DNA of 32,609 nucleotides, from positions 1 through 32,609 of the forward strand of contig JBHLSH010000042.1 of the NCBI GenBank assembly GCA_048881705.1. Direction: 5' to 3'. Below the pieces are notes generated by a model that was given only the letters and a program-made list of their open reading frames with translations, searched no databases and was not told the DNA's origin. Both the position numbers and the translations under genes were made by a program. The stretch is from Candidatus Heimdallarchaeota archaeon. GTDB taxonomy: Archaea > Asgardarchaeota > Heimdallarchaeia > Hodarchaeales > Hodarchaeaceae. This document shows, one piece after another, positions 7,655 to 16,024 of the stretch. Numbering within the stretch: the stretch's first letter is position 1; each line of letters starts with the position of its first letter.

Positions 7655-9172
7655 CTACTTTTGAGACAACATACGATAACTTACGATTGGATTCCTTGCA
7701 GCTTTAACATCATCAATTCTTTTAACCGAGGTATTACGAGGCGCATCGAGAATCCTGTCAATTTTGTCTTCATATGCGAGATCAGAAACTTCCTTGATCA
7801 CATTGATGAAACCATCCAATGTTTCACATGCCTCCGATTCTGTTGGCTCAATCATCATTGCCTCCTTTACAATCAGGGGAAAATAGACGGTAGGAGGATG
7901 AAAGCCCGCATCTAGTAGATATTTAGAGACATCAAGAGCGGATATATTCGTATCCTTTACGAGTTCTCGTGCAGAAAGCACAAACTCATGCATACAGAAT
8001 GAATTCTTTCCAATAGGTACGGAAAATCCTTTTATTACCTGTAGACGGGATTTCATATAATTAGCATTTAATACTGCCATCTCCGAGACTCGGGTTAACC
8101 CTTGTCTACCTAAACGTAAAATGTATGCGTACGCTCGTAAGATTGTGCTAAAATTGCCAAAATAACTGCGAACTTTGCCAATGCTCTGCGGATGATTAAA
8201 ATTGAGAAAATAGTTATCTGCTTCTTTGTCATAATCGATTGTTGGGATGGGCAGGAATGGATCTAGGTGTTCGACGACTCCAACGGGGCCCGATCCAGGC
8301 CCTCCTCCACCATGGGGGGTTGCGAACGTCTTATGTAAATTGAAATGCACTATATCAAACCCCATATCTCCTGGGCGTGTTTTACCCATGATCGCATTGA
8401 AATTAGCTCCATCGTAATAGGCAAGGCCATCTACCGCGTGAATGATGTTTAAGATCTCCTCTACATCCTTCTCGAATAGGCCCAAGGTAGATGGATTGGT
8501 TAACATGATTCCTGCGGTTTGTCCAGTTGTGGCGCTTCTCAAAACCTCAAGATCTACGCAGCCATTTTCATCAGACGGGACAACGACGGCTCTGAATCCG
8601 CACATAGTTGCTGTAGCAGGATTTGTACCATGGGCACTATCTGGGACAATAATCTCTTGTTTTTGACGTAGTTGGTTCTTCATCTCATGATATCGCTTAA
8701 TAATCATCAGACCTGTATATTCACCATGAGCCCCGGCGGCTGGTTGAAGAGTGACACTATGCATCCCAGAAAGTTCCGCTAACCAACCAGCAAGTTCATA
8801 CATGATTTGTAGGGCACCTTGAACAGTAGTAGAGTTTTGATAGGGGTGGATAAGCTGGGCCTCTGGTAGGGATGCAACCACATCACAGATTTTCGGGTTA
8901 TATTTCATCGTACAGCTACCCAGAGGATAAAATCCCGAATCTATACCATAGTTCATCTGTGAGAGTCTTGTGAAATGTCTGACAACGTCGAGTTCACTTA
9001 CTTCAGGAAGATCTGGAGGCGTGGAACGTAAGAGTTTAGAAGGAATCTTTTGAATTGCCTCTTGAAGTAAGTCGTTTTCTTGATCAGATAGCATTGGAAG
9101 TTGATAGCCTGTCCTCCCGGGAGTCGATTTTTCAAAAATGAACTCCTTGTCCCATTTCATCTGTTTAAACAA
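7655..9172 (-). CDS. gcvPB: Glycine dehydrogenase (decarboxylating) subunit 2
   Basis: Motifs 'SELDVVRHFTRLSQMN', 'YPLGSCTMKYNP', 'QPAAGAHGE', 'SAHGTNPA', PLP lysine 'NLHKTFATPHGGGGPG'. Confidence 0.96.
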   Translation of the reverse strand: MFKQMKWDKEFIFEKSTPGRTGYQLPMLSDQENDLLQEAIQKIPSKLLRSTPPDLPEVSELDVVRHFTRLSQMNYGIDSGFYPLGSCTMKYNPKICDVVASLPEAQLIHPYQNSTTVQGALQIMYELAGWLAELSGMHSVTLQPAAGAHGEYTGLMIIKRYHEMKNQLRQKQEIIVPDSAHGTNPATATMCGFRAVVVPSDENGCVDLEVLRSATTGQTAGIMLTNPSTLGLFEKDVEEILNIIHAVDGLAYYDGANFNAIMGKTRPGDMGFDIVHFNLHKTFATPHGGGGPGSGPVGVVEHLDPFLPIPTIDYDKEADNYFLNFNHPQSIGKVRSYFGNFSTILRAYAYILRLGRQGLTRVSEMAVLNANYMKSRLQVIKGFSVPIGKNSFCMHEFVLSARELVKDTNISALDVSKYLLDAGFHPPTVYFPLIVKEAMMIEPTESEACETLDGFINVIKEVSDLAYEDKIDRILDAPRNTSVKRIDDVKAARNPIVSYRMLSQK

Positions 9173-9173
9173 A

Positions 9174-10586
9174 TTAATGTCCTCCCTGGATTCTTAATGC
9201 TTCAGAAAACGCTGTAACATCTTCATCGATAGACTGAGTGGTAGACATCTCAGTAGCTGTTGCTAGAAAGCAGTTGGTTAAATTAGGAAATGCTTTATCA
9301 AGCGGAAATCCGATCGACTTATCGAAAATTATTGTTTTCTGGTAATCGAGATTCATTTTAGGATCTAATTCGTATACGAATTCTCTAAACACAGGGCCCG
9401 AAAAGTAGGGAGATTTTATTCCCTGAATTTCCGAGAGACGACCCATCAAATAAGCAGTTCGAGCCATGCAAGTTTCTGCTAGTTGTTTTAAACCTTGGGG
9501 GCCTAATGTACCGAGAAAAACAGTAGCCGCAAGTGCATTTAATGCATTGTTGGTACAAATATTACTAGTTGCTTTTTCCCGTCTAATATGCTGTTCTCGT
9601 GTCTGAAGGGTCATAGTAAAAGCTCGTTTCGGAGATTCTTGTTCTGTAGTTAATCCGATTATTCTTCCTGGCATAGATCGAAAGATTCTCCTCTCGTTTC
9701 TAACAGCAAATAATCCCAAAAGAGGGCCTCCAAAATTCATTGAAAGCCCCAAAGATTGGCCACTTGCAATGGCGATGTCAGCCCCGCACTCTCCAGGTGA
9801 TTTTAATAATCCTAGAGAAATGGGATCACATCCTATGACAAAGAGTGCTTTGTGATTATGGGCCAGCTCACCGATCTGCTCGACATCTGCTTCTATAATC
9901 CCCCAAAAGTTAGGATTTTCCAGATAAATACCTGAAATTTTTCCAGCGTATGTACTCACAATTTCTCTAAGCGCATTAAGGTCAGTGGAGCCAGATATTC
10001 TGTCATAGGGGTAGGTGACAACTTTAATCTGAGGTCCCCGTGTATAGGTTTCCAAAGTCTGGAACCTTTCAGGTTGAAGACATTCTGGAACAATAAATAC
10101 CTCATTATGAGTCACCCGAGTGCACATCAGCGCAGCTTCTCCCAAGGCTGTTGCCATATCATACATTGACGAATTTACGATGTTCAGTTGCATTAATTCA
10201 GCAATCATGGATTGGTACTCCCATAACGCTTGCAGCATTCCCTGTGACATCTCGGGTTGATATGGAGTGTAAGAAGTATAGAATTCAGAGCGATTGGTGA
10301 TAGTAGGGACAGTTGTTGGAATGAAGTGATTGTATAGACCAGCACCTAGGTAAGGGTTTACCTTATCCATCGTTTCGTTTTTCGCTAGGATGGCTTTCAC
10401 CCGTAATAAAGTTTCTAGCTCTGAATGTGGTTCAGGGAGATCTAATTCGGTTGAACACCGTAAGTTGGAGGGGATAGAGGAAAATAAGTCTTCGATCGCT
10501 GTTACACCAATGGTGTCAAGCATATACTTGATTTGATTTGAAGTTTGTGGTAAATATGGATGGGAAAACTGTGTGGAAGGCGACAT
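9174..10586 (-). CDS. gcvPA: Glycine dehydrogenase (decarboxylating) subunit 1
   Basis: Motifs 'LGAGLYNH', 'EFYTSYTPYQPE.SQG.LQA', 'NSSMYD', 'QTREQHIRREKATSNICTN'. ATG at 10586 (GTG at 10601 is an alternative). Confidence 0.96.
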   Translation of the reverse strand: MSPSTQFSHPYLPQTSNQIKYMLDTIGVTAIEDLFSSIPSNLRCSTELDLPEPHSELETLLRVKAILAKNETMDKVNPYLGAGLYNHFIPTTVPTITNRSEFYTSYTPYQPEMSQGMLQALWEYQSMIAELMQLNIVNSSMYDMATALGEAALMCTRVTHNEVFIVPECLQPERFQTLETYTRGPQIKVVTYPYDRISGSTDLNALREIVSTYAGKISGIYLENPNFWGIIEADVEQIGELAHNHKALFVIGCDPISLGLLKSPGECGADIAIASGQSLGLSMNFGGPLLGLFAVRNERRIFRSMPGRIIGLTTEQESPKRAFTMTLQTREQHIRREKATSNICTNNALNALAATVFLGTLGPQGLKQLAETCMARTAYLMGRLSEIQGIKSPYFSGPVFREFVYELDPKMNLDYQKTIIFDKSIGFPLDKAFPNLTNCFLATATEMSTTQSIDEDVTAFSEALRIQGGH

Positions 10587-10713
10587 TAAATAGAACACCA
10601 CGGGACATCGGAAGTCCCCCTCTCATTTTAAAATATTCGTCAAGAAAAAGTGTAAAGATGGTGCCACACTGCGGATTAGACGATCCCCTTGATCTGTATT
10701 CACTTCAGGGGCT

Positions 10714-11391
10714 TCAAACGACGGATCCCGTTTTTTTTCTCAACAATCTCCTCATAATGTATACACTGATGGCAAAAGCGAGGAAAGGTAGTAAATATCC
10801 AATCACAGAAAAAAAAGGATCAGCGGCGATTGTGCCACTAGGAAGAGGCAGACGAGTAGGCTCTTGGGTAACCCCAGTTTTTCCCTTCAAAAGAATCTCG
10901 ATAGGAACCAAGGGTTCCGCTAGAATAAACGATTGAATCCCGTTTATCAGTCGATACGATACGTTTACAGCTGCAATTGCAACCGTAGCCGTTCTATCAC
11001 TAGTCACATTAAGCGTCATCGAGAATCTTTCATATTGCTGAGTTGGAACTGTTCCAAACTGATATTCGAGAATTTGGTCTTCGTCGGTTGAACCATCGTC
11101 TGGTACTAGATCAGGTATAGTACTATAAAGAAATTCGAACTCAGATGGGATTATAGCGGTCATGTTAACATCTAGGACGTCCTGAACGTAAGTATTGGTA
11201 ATTGATACGCTTAAGTTAAACTGTTCACCTTGGTACACACTGAGCGGGTGGGCAACCTGGTATACCTGAAGCGGATCCACCATAACTCTTCCAGATGATT
11301 CATTAAAAGCAATAGCTGATCCAAGGATGGTACATATCAAAAAAACAATGACTGGAACACGATTTCGTTTCCATTCTGAACCATCACCCAT
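10714..11391 (-). CDS. Membrane-anchored Ig-like beta-sandwich protein (DUF11/BatD/TRAP-beta-like)
   Basis: N-terminal hydrophobic segment, beta-rich middle ('VYQGEQFNLSVSITN...LDV....IPSEF'), C-terminal TM followed by RRLLRKK; five N-x-S/T sequons. Confidence 0.65.
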   Translation of the reverse strand: MGDGSEWKRNRVPVIVFLICTILGSAIAFNESSGRVMVDPLQVYQVAHPLSVYQGEQFNLSVSITNTYVQDVLDVNMTAIIPSEFEFLYSTIPDLVPDDGSTDEDQILEYQFGTVPTQQYERFSMTLNVTSDRTATVAIAAVNVSYRLINGIQSFILAEPLVPIEILLKGKTGVTQEPTRLPLPSGTIAADPFFSVIGYLLPFLAFAISVYIMRRLLRKKTGSVV

Positions 11392-11705
11392 TGTATTCTC
11401 ACCGTAACCTAAGCAATTGCCTGAATCTGTTCAGGATGTGACTCTCAGTTAACTATTCGCTGAATCGTTGCACGAACGCTGTGATTTATACGCCCTAATA
11501 TAATCTTAGGAGCTTCTTTGACCCTCCTTCTGAAGAGTTTTTCCACTTCCTGGCCGCACGATCCAACAAAATTGAGAGGACTGCATGGGATTTCTGGTTA
11601 AATAACTCAATAATAGACGAATCGTCGTCTTATGTCGTTGGAAAAAGCCTGTGTTGGCAAAACTCGGCACTGCTCTACAAAGGAGCCTTTTTTACCTTTT
11701 AAGGC

Positions 11706-12230
11706 CTAGTAGGCTACCGCAGATCCTTGTAAAGCCATCAGTGTAGCTTTCTGGAATAGTTCATGGACGTTTTCCCCCTTCAGTGCACTTGTCTCTATAT
11801 AGGGAGCCGAATATTCCTTCGCCAAGGCCGTCCCTTCTTCGATTGATACCTCTCGCTTGTTGACATCCCTTTTATTACCACAGAGAATAAATGGTGTGCC
11901 AGGTGAATGTCTTTGTAACTCACGCACCCAATATCGCACATCAAAGAACGATCCCCTGTTTTGTAGATCGAATACAATCAATGCCACCCGGGCACCATAA
12001 TAAAACGCGGGCCGCACACATCCCCACCGTTCCTGACCAGCAAGATCCCAAAGAACGAGCTTCACAAGGGTATTCTTCAGCTGGGTTGTATGGACTTCAA
12101 TATTCAGGCCTACAGTCAATTCATATGTACCTGGAATTCTTTGAGTCTTTAAATTTGAGCAAAGGGACGTTTTACCAACGGCGCCGTCTCCAAGAATACA
12201 GATCTTGGCTGCTATATCGTTCATGGTCAT
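11706..12230 (-). CDS. Rab-like small GTPase (Ras superfamily)
   Basis: G1 GDGAVGKT, G2 Thr, G3 WDLAGQE, G4 NKRD, G5 ETSAL; Rab-like 'KLVLW', 'FYYGA', 'IVFD'. Start placed at ATG 12230 (12224 is an alternative). Confidence 0.92.
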   Translation of the reverse strand: MTMNDIAAKICILGDGAVGKTSLCSNLKTQRIPGTYELTVGLNIEVHTTQLKNTLVKLVLWDLAGQERWGCVRPAFYYGARVALIVFDLQNRGSFFDVRYWVRELQRHSPGTPFILCGNKRDVNKREVSIEEGTALAKEYSAPYIETSALKGENVHELFQKATLMALQGSAVAY

Positions 12231-12340
12231 TTGATGTTCCTCAGCAGTTTTCGCATGTTCGATAAAACTGAAACACAATTAAAGAACCTATAATATGAGC
12301 CTGATACACGCATGAAACGTGTGTATGGATTGGATTACTG

Positions 12341-12823
12341 TTGGTGCTAACGCAAAATTTCTCCCATCCACGGAATAGCTTCACCGCTAGCCATTTCTTA
12401 ATCGGTTATGGCAAGTGTGATCGGCTGCATGGTCACAATTATGCTGTTCAGGTGCAGCTTCAATATCACAACACCATTGTATCTGATCCTATAGATTTTC
12501 GAATAATCAACGGCAGAATCCGTACAGAGCTACAGCAACTCAACCAAAAAATCCTTCTACCTGAGGAATCGTCAGCTATTCAAGTTTCCTCAACACATAA
12601 TGGAAAAAATTGGGATGTATTGGTGAATGAGAAGATGTATTCCTTTCCTAAGCAAGATGTGGTCATTTTAGAGGGAATCGACTTGACAACTGCAGAGAAT
12701 TTGGCCCAATACATCTATCTCAGGCTGACAAACTGGTTCGAACAGCATTTTCCCCGAAAAATAGCAGACATCAGAGTAAAGGTTGAAGAAAATTTAGGAA
12801 ATCAAGCAATTTATTCTGTTTAG
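12341..12823 (+). CDS. queD: 6-pyruvoyl/6-carboxy-tetrahydropterin synthase family protein (QueD-like)
   Basis: Motifs 'F.ASH', 'C.RLHGHNY', 'IDF', 'TTAENLA'. TTG or GTG start. Confidence 0.75.
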   Translation: MVLTQNFSHPRNSFTASHFLIGYGKCDRLHGHNYAVQVQLQYHNTIVSDPIDFRIINGRIRTELQQLNQKILLPEESSAIQVSSTHNGKNWDVLVNEKMYSFPKQDVVILEGIDLTTAENLAQYIYLRLTNWFEQHFPRKIADIRVKVEENLGNQAIYSV

Positions 12824-12842
12824 GCTTATCCGCACGATAAGC

Positions 12843-12968
12843 TCAATCCCAACGTCTCCCAGTGAGAATGAGATAACCTAGCACAAGGAGTCCAATGATT
12901 AATCCCCCTCCAAGAAGTAGAAGAAGGCCGAGAGCGAGGAGAGTTAGAATAATCGAAATTATATCCAT
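12843..12968 (-). CDS. Small hydrophobic membrane protein, 41 aa (absent from the ORF track)
   Basis: Manually translated: MDIISIILTLLALGLLLLLGGGLIIGLLVLGYLILTGRRWD*. TTTAAATA lies about 45 nt upstream on the same strand. Confidence 0.6.
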   Translation of the reverse strand: MDIISIILTLLALGLLLLLGGGLIIGLLVLGYLILTGRRWD

Positions 12969-13168
12969 TTTGACCGACTTCCTAGCTAGTACGTATTGAA
13001 AAGACAAACCCGTATTTAAAACAGGCCTTTTCGGTATATTAAGGTTTTTCTGGAAAGAATGTTCTGATTATGAAATCTACTCCGAAAATGAAGATTGGTA
13101 TTGTTCATCATTTGTTTTGTCGGGATTCATTCCCGTTCGTAGCCGTTTTTGGCAAGCTCTGAACCGTT

Positions 13169-13639
13169 TTATTCTTCATATTTTTCGGTTTCGGCCAAAA
13201 TATAGTCCCTAAGTCTTTCACCATCCCCTATGGGAATAATACGTTCGGTATTTTCTATTTCAGCCCTCAGATTTGTAGGCTCGATTTCTATGATCCACGC
13301 TTCATAGGGAGTCTTATTCACCAACGCAGGATTTTCCAAAACATCAGAGTTGGTTTTCAGAAGGATACCTGTCAACGGTAAACGTAGTGGACCGATCCAT
13401 TTTTCGCTTTCAATTGTACCAAAAGCGGTATGCTGGTCTAATTCCTTTCCCATCGGGCGGGTACGGATATGAAGAATATTTCCTGCTTGGGCCTGGCCAA
13501 AATCATCAAATCCGACCTCAAAAGTCGAATTTTTGGGTTTAAACCAGACATGGCCCGGATCACCAGTGTAATAGTAACGATCTAAAAGAAACGTATATTT
13601 AGTTCTTTCTGAAGCGATCTCTAGTCGTTCTGCGCCCAA
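13169..13639 (-). CDS. Second GcvH-family lipoyl-domain protein (ESxKW type, LbpA-like)
   Basis: Motifs 'GHVW', 'VGFDDFGQ..AG', 'TIESEKWIGP' (Lys80), 'N..P.LVN..PY'. TTG start with GGTGA SD 6 nt upstream. Confidence 0.85.
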   Translation of the reverse strand: MGAERLEIASERTKYTFLLDRYYYTGDPGHVWFKPKNSTFEVGFDDFGQAQAGNILHIRTRPMGKELDQHTAFGTIESEKWIGPLRLPLTGILLKTNSDVLENPALVNKTPYEAWIIEIEPTNLRAEIENTERIIPIGDGERLRDYILAETEKYEE

Positions 13640-13670
13640 TGGATGTCACCCACACTTCAACCGGCATCAT

Positions 13671-14027
13671 CTACGACTGGTTCTGTGATTTCACTGAATG
13701 GAAGAGATTTCTGAAGGTTGCACTAATAAATGTAATTATTTTTCCTTTTGTGTCCAGATTCGATTCTTCCAGATTACCATATACATCCACCTGAATAAAA
13801 CCATAGGAGTGACATGTCAGGCGGACTTGAGGGGAATGAAAAACCGTAATTCTCGAGTTTGTCGTTAAAATTCTGTAATCAAGTTTTTCTAGCCGTTTTC
13901 TGATCTTTTCCATATTCCAGGGAGTTGAACGTTCAAAATAAACATACCATCGTGAGGGATTGTTCGAACAGGGTTTCACTCGGAATGGAATCTCGATTTT
14001 ACCCCGTTGTTTTTGCATCTTTCTCAA
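13671..14027 (-). CDS. Hypothetical protein, possibly a stand-alone MoeB/ThiF C-terminal-like domain
   Basis: 118 aa, co-oriented with and 31 nt from the lipoyl-domain gene; 'KPC' motif; GGAGG upstream. Fold assignment is from a recalled alignment only. Confidence 0.55.
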   Translation of the reverse strand: MRKMQKQRGKIEIPFRVKPCSNNPSRWYVYFERSTPWNMEKIRKRLEKLDYRILTTNSRITVFHSPQVRLTCHSYGFIQVDVYGNLEESNLDTKGKIITFISATFRNLFHSVKSQNQS

Positions 14028-14148
14028 GGTGATGGCAATTCGAGCCTCCTTCTAAAACTATGGTCTTTTTGTTACTGCGAAGTTTGATGTCGAAACATAA
14101 ACTCATTAAACTCTCCCATTTTGGAGCCATTAAAGGTAATGCTGTCAA

Positions 14149-14835
14149 ATGAAAGCTGTCTGTCTTCTCTCAGGTGGCATAGATAGTCCAGTGGCAATTC
14201 AGATCGCCATTTTAAATGGTTTCCAGCCCGCCATACTCCATTACCATAATACTCCCTTCGAAAGCTTCGGAACCCTGGAAAAGGTTCTGGCCTTAGCTAA
14301 TGCGCTAGCTGTTAGAAATTCCGATATTCCGATGACCCTTGCAATCATGAGACACGGTACGACTCAGGAAACGGTTCTGAGCATCCTTGAAGAAGGCGAT
14401 ATCAGACAAACATGCCTTTTTTGTCGTATGCAAATGTTTCGAAAAGCCCAGGCCTACGCCCAGAGGATTGGAGCAGATGTTATCGTGACAGGGGAGATCT
14501 TGGGAGAACAGGCTAGCCAGACATTAGATAATCTTCCGGTCGTAGCGTCGAAGGTAGACATCTTGGCCCTGCGTCCTTTGTTGGGGTATAACAAAGAAGA
14601 AGTTATTCGACTTTCCAAGAAATGGGGTTTATATGACATCTCCATCCGCCCTGGAGGATGTTGCAGTATTAATCCCAGATATCCTGAGACAAAAGGTCGA
14701 CTCGAAATAGTAAATCCGATTTACAGCCGTTTTGAAACGCAATTTCAAACTGTAATGGATAAAGAGGTCAATGCAGTTGAAACATTCTCTCTTCCTCTTA
14801 GGGAAGAGGATCTACTATCCCATTTGGAAGTATGA
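14149..14835 (+). CDS. thiI: ThiI-family PP-loop sulfurtransferase, catalytic domain only (no THUMP)
   Basis: 'LLSGGIDS' PP-loop, 'CLFC', 'TGE.LGE.ASQTLDNL', 'RPLLGYNKEE', 'GGCC'. In-frame TAA at 14137-14139 excludes an upstream THUMP fusion. Confidence 0.8.
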   Translation: MKAVCLLSGGIDSPVAIQIAILNGFQPAILHYHNTPFESFGTLEKVLALANALAVRNSDIPMTLAIMRHGTTQETVLSILEEGDIRQTCLFCRMQMFRKAQAYAQRIGADVIVTGEILGEQASQTLDNLPVVASKVDILALRPLLGYNKEEVIRLSKKWGLYDISIRPGGCCSINPRYPETKGRLEIVNPIYSRFETQFQTVMDKEVNAVETFSLPLREEDLLSHLEV

Positions 14836-14851
14836 ACGCACTATATCATCA

Positions 14852-16024
14852 TTAACATGTTTCGAGTCTGATCATTTCATAAAAATTATAATCAGTCAAA
14901 ACCTTGATATGCTTGGGAAATTGGGCATCCAAGAGAGGGTCTCCAGTATCTACACGCAAAAGCTTCTGAGGGAGAAGAGCAAGCTTGGTTCGAGTTGCAA
15001 CAACCTCAATCTGGGATATACCCACCTTCTGGATAACCTGCGGGCTGAATGGCTGGTTTCCGCGGCCAAAAACAAATCCCTGTCCCCCTATAGGAGTTAC
15101 AATAATTCGTACTCCCTTAAAGGATTGAACCTCCAATAAATTCAGGATTTTGCCTTCCGACAAATCTCGGTCTATGATTTGACCGTTAAGAACAGCATCT
15201 ATACCCAAAAGGGTTTTTTCTTCATGAATCCCTTGACCGAATGCATGTGCAAGCTCTTTTAAGGTCGATCCAGGCCCTAGTAGGTACATTACGTTTGGTT
15301 GAACCGTTTCACGAAAGGAATCAATAATACCCTGTATATTGTCTCTTTCTAGGTTAATCATTCCGCTAGTTAGCTTTGTAGGTTGTAAAAGAGTTGGAAT
15401 GTGGGGAACCTTTGCAATCCCGAACAGTCTTGTACTCAGACGGTTTTCCCGGTAGGCCTGCTCATCAAGATCGATTACCTCCGCTTCAACAAGCTGGGTT
15501 CTGTCGTTTATAAAGCCGCAGATAAGCTCCACACCAGCAGCAATACCCTGAGTAAAGACTCCAGAATGGATCTTTACACCTGCAGGAATTCCTAAAATAG
15601 GAATTTCCTTTCCAACTACCTCTAATACATCTCGAGCTGTACCGTCTCCTCCTACAAATATTAATAGGTCAATCTTCTTATTTAGCATGTTATTAGCGGC
15701 TGTTATCGTATCTTTTCTTGTAGTTATTGCTGCAATTTGCATTTCCGATAGTACGTGCCATTTCAATCGCCTAGACAAGTTTTTATCCATGGAAATGATA
15801 TCTGCACCCATCTTGCCTGGAGGAACAATAAATTGGCAGCCTAAGCACTCAGAAGAATTCATTATTCCAATTAAGAGCGCCGCTGTACGCGTATGTGCTT
15901 GCGGCTCGGCCCCCCGACGTCTTGCTTCCTGTAGAATATCGAGGGAATCCGTACCTTTCAGTCCCACTCTTCCTCCCATTCCAGCGATAGGATTGGTAAT
16001 AATCCCGATAGACTTTGGAGTCAT
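14852..16024 (-). CDS. ATP-NAD kinase/AcoX-family kinase
   Basis: Motifs 'NPIAGMGG.VGLKGTD', 'FVGGDGTARD', 'GIPAGVKIHSG', 'IGGQGF.FGRGNQ'. Confidence 0.85.
   Translation of the reverse strand: MTPKSIGIITNPIAGMGGRVGLKGTDSLDILQEARRRGAEPQAHTRTAALLIGIMNSSECLGCQFIVPPGKMGADIISMDKNLSRRLKWHVLSEMQIAAITTRKDTITAANNMLNKKIDLLIFVGGDGTARDVLEVVGKEIPILGIPAGVKIHSGVFTQGIAAGVELICGFINDRTQLVEAEVIDLDEQAYRENRLSTRLFGIAKVPHIPTLLQPTKLTSGMINLERDNIQGIIDSFRETVQPNVMYLLGPGSTLKELAHAFGQGIHEEKTLLGIDAVLNGQIIDRDLSEGKILNLLEVQSFKGVRIIVTPIGGQGFVFGRGNQPFSPQVIQKVGISQIEVVATRTKLALLPQKLLRVDTGDPLLDAQFPKHIKVLTDYNFYEMIRLETC

Noticed and set aside
11392-11705. 314-nt gap examined for SRP RNA, RNase P RNA, a small ORF or a repeat
   Set aside because: No SRP helix-8 or RNase P P4 signature. 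Only a 6-bp inverted repeat (AGACGA/TCGTCT, 11615-11630) and unconvincing short frames.
14149-14835. PP-loop protein as QueC, given the nearby queD
   Set aside because: It has ThiI-specific motifs (GE.LG..ASQTL.NL, RPL.G..KEE) and lacks the QueC C-terminal zinc motif.
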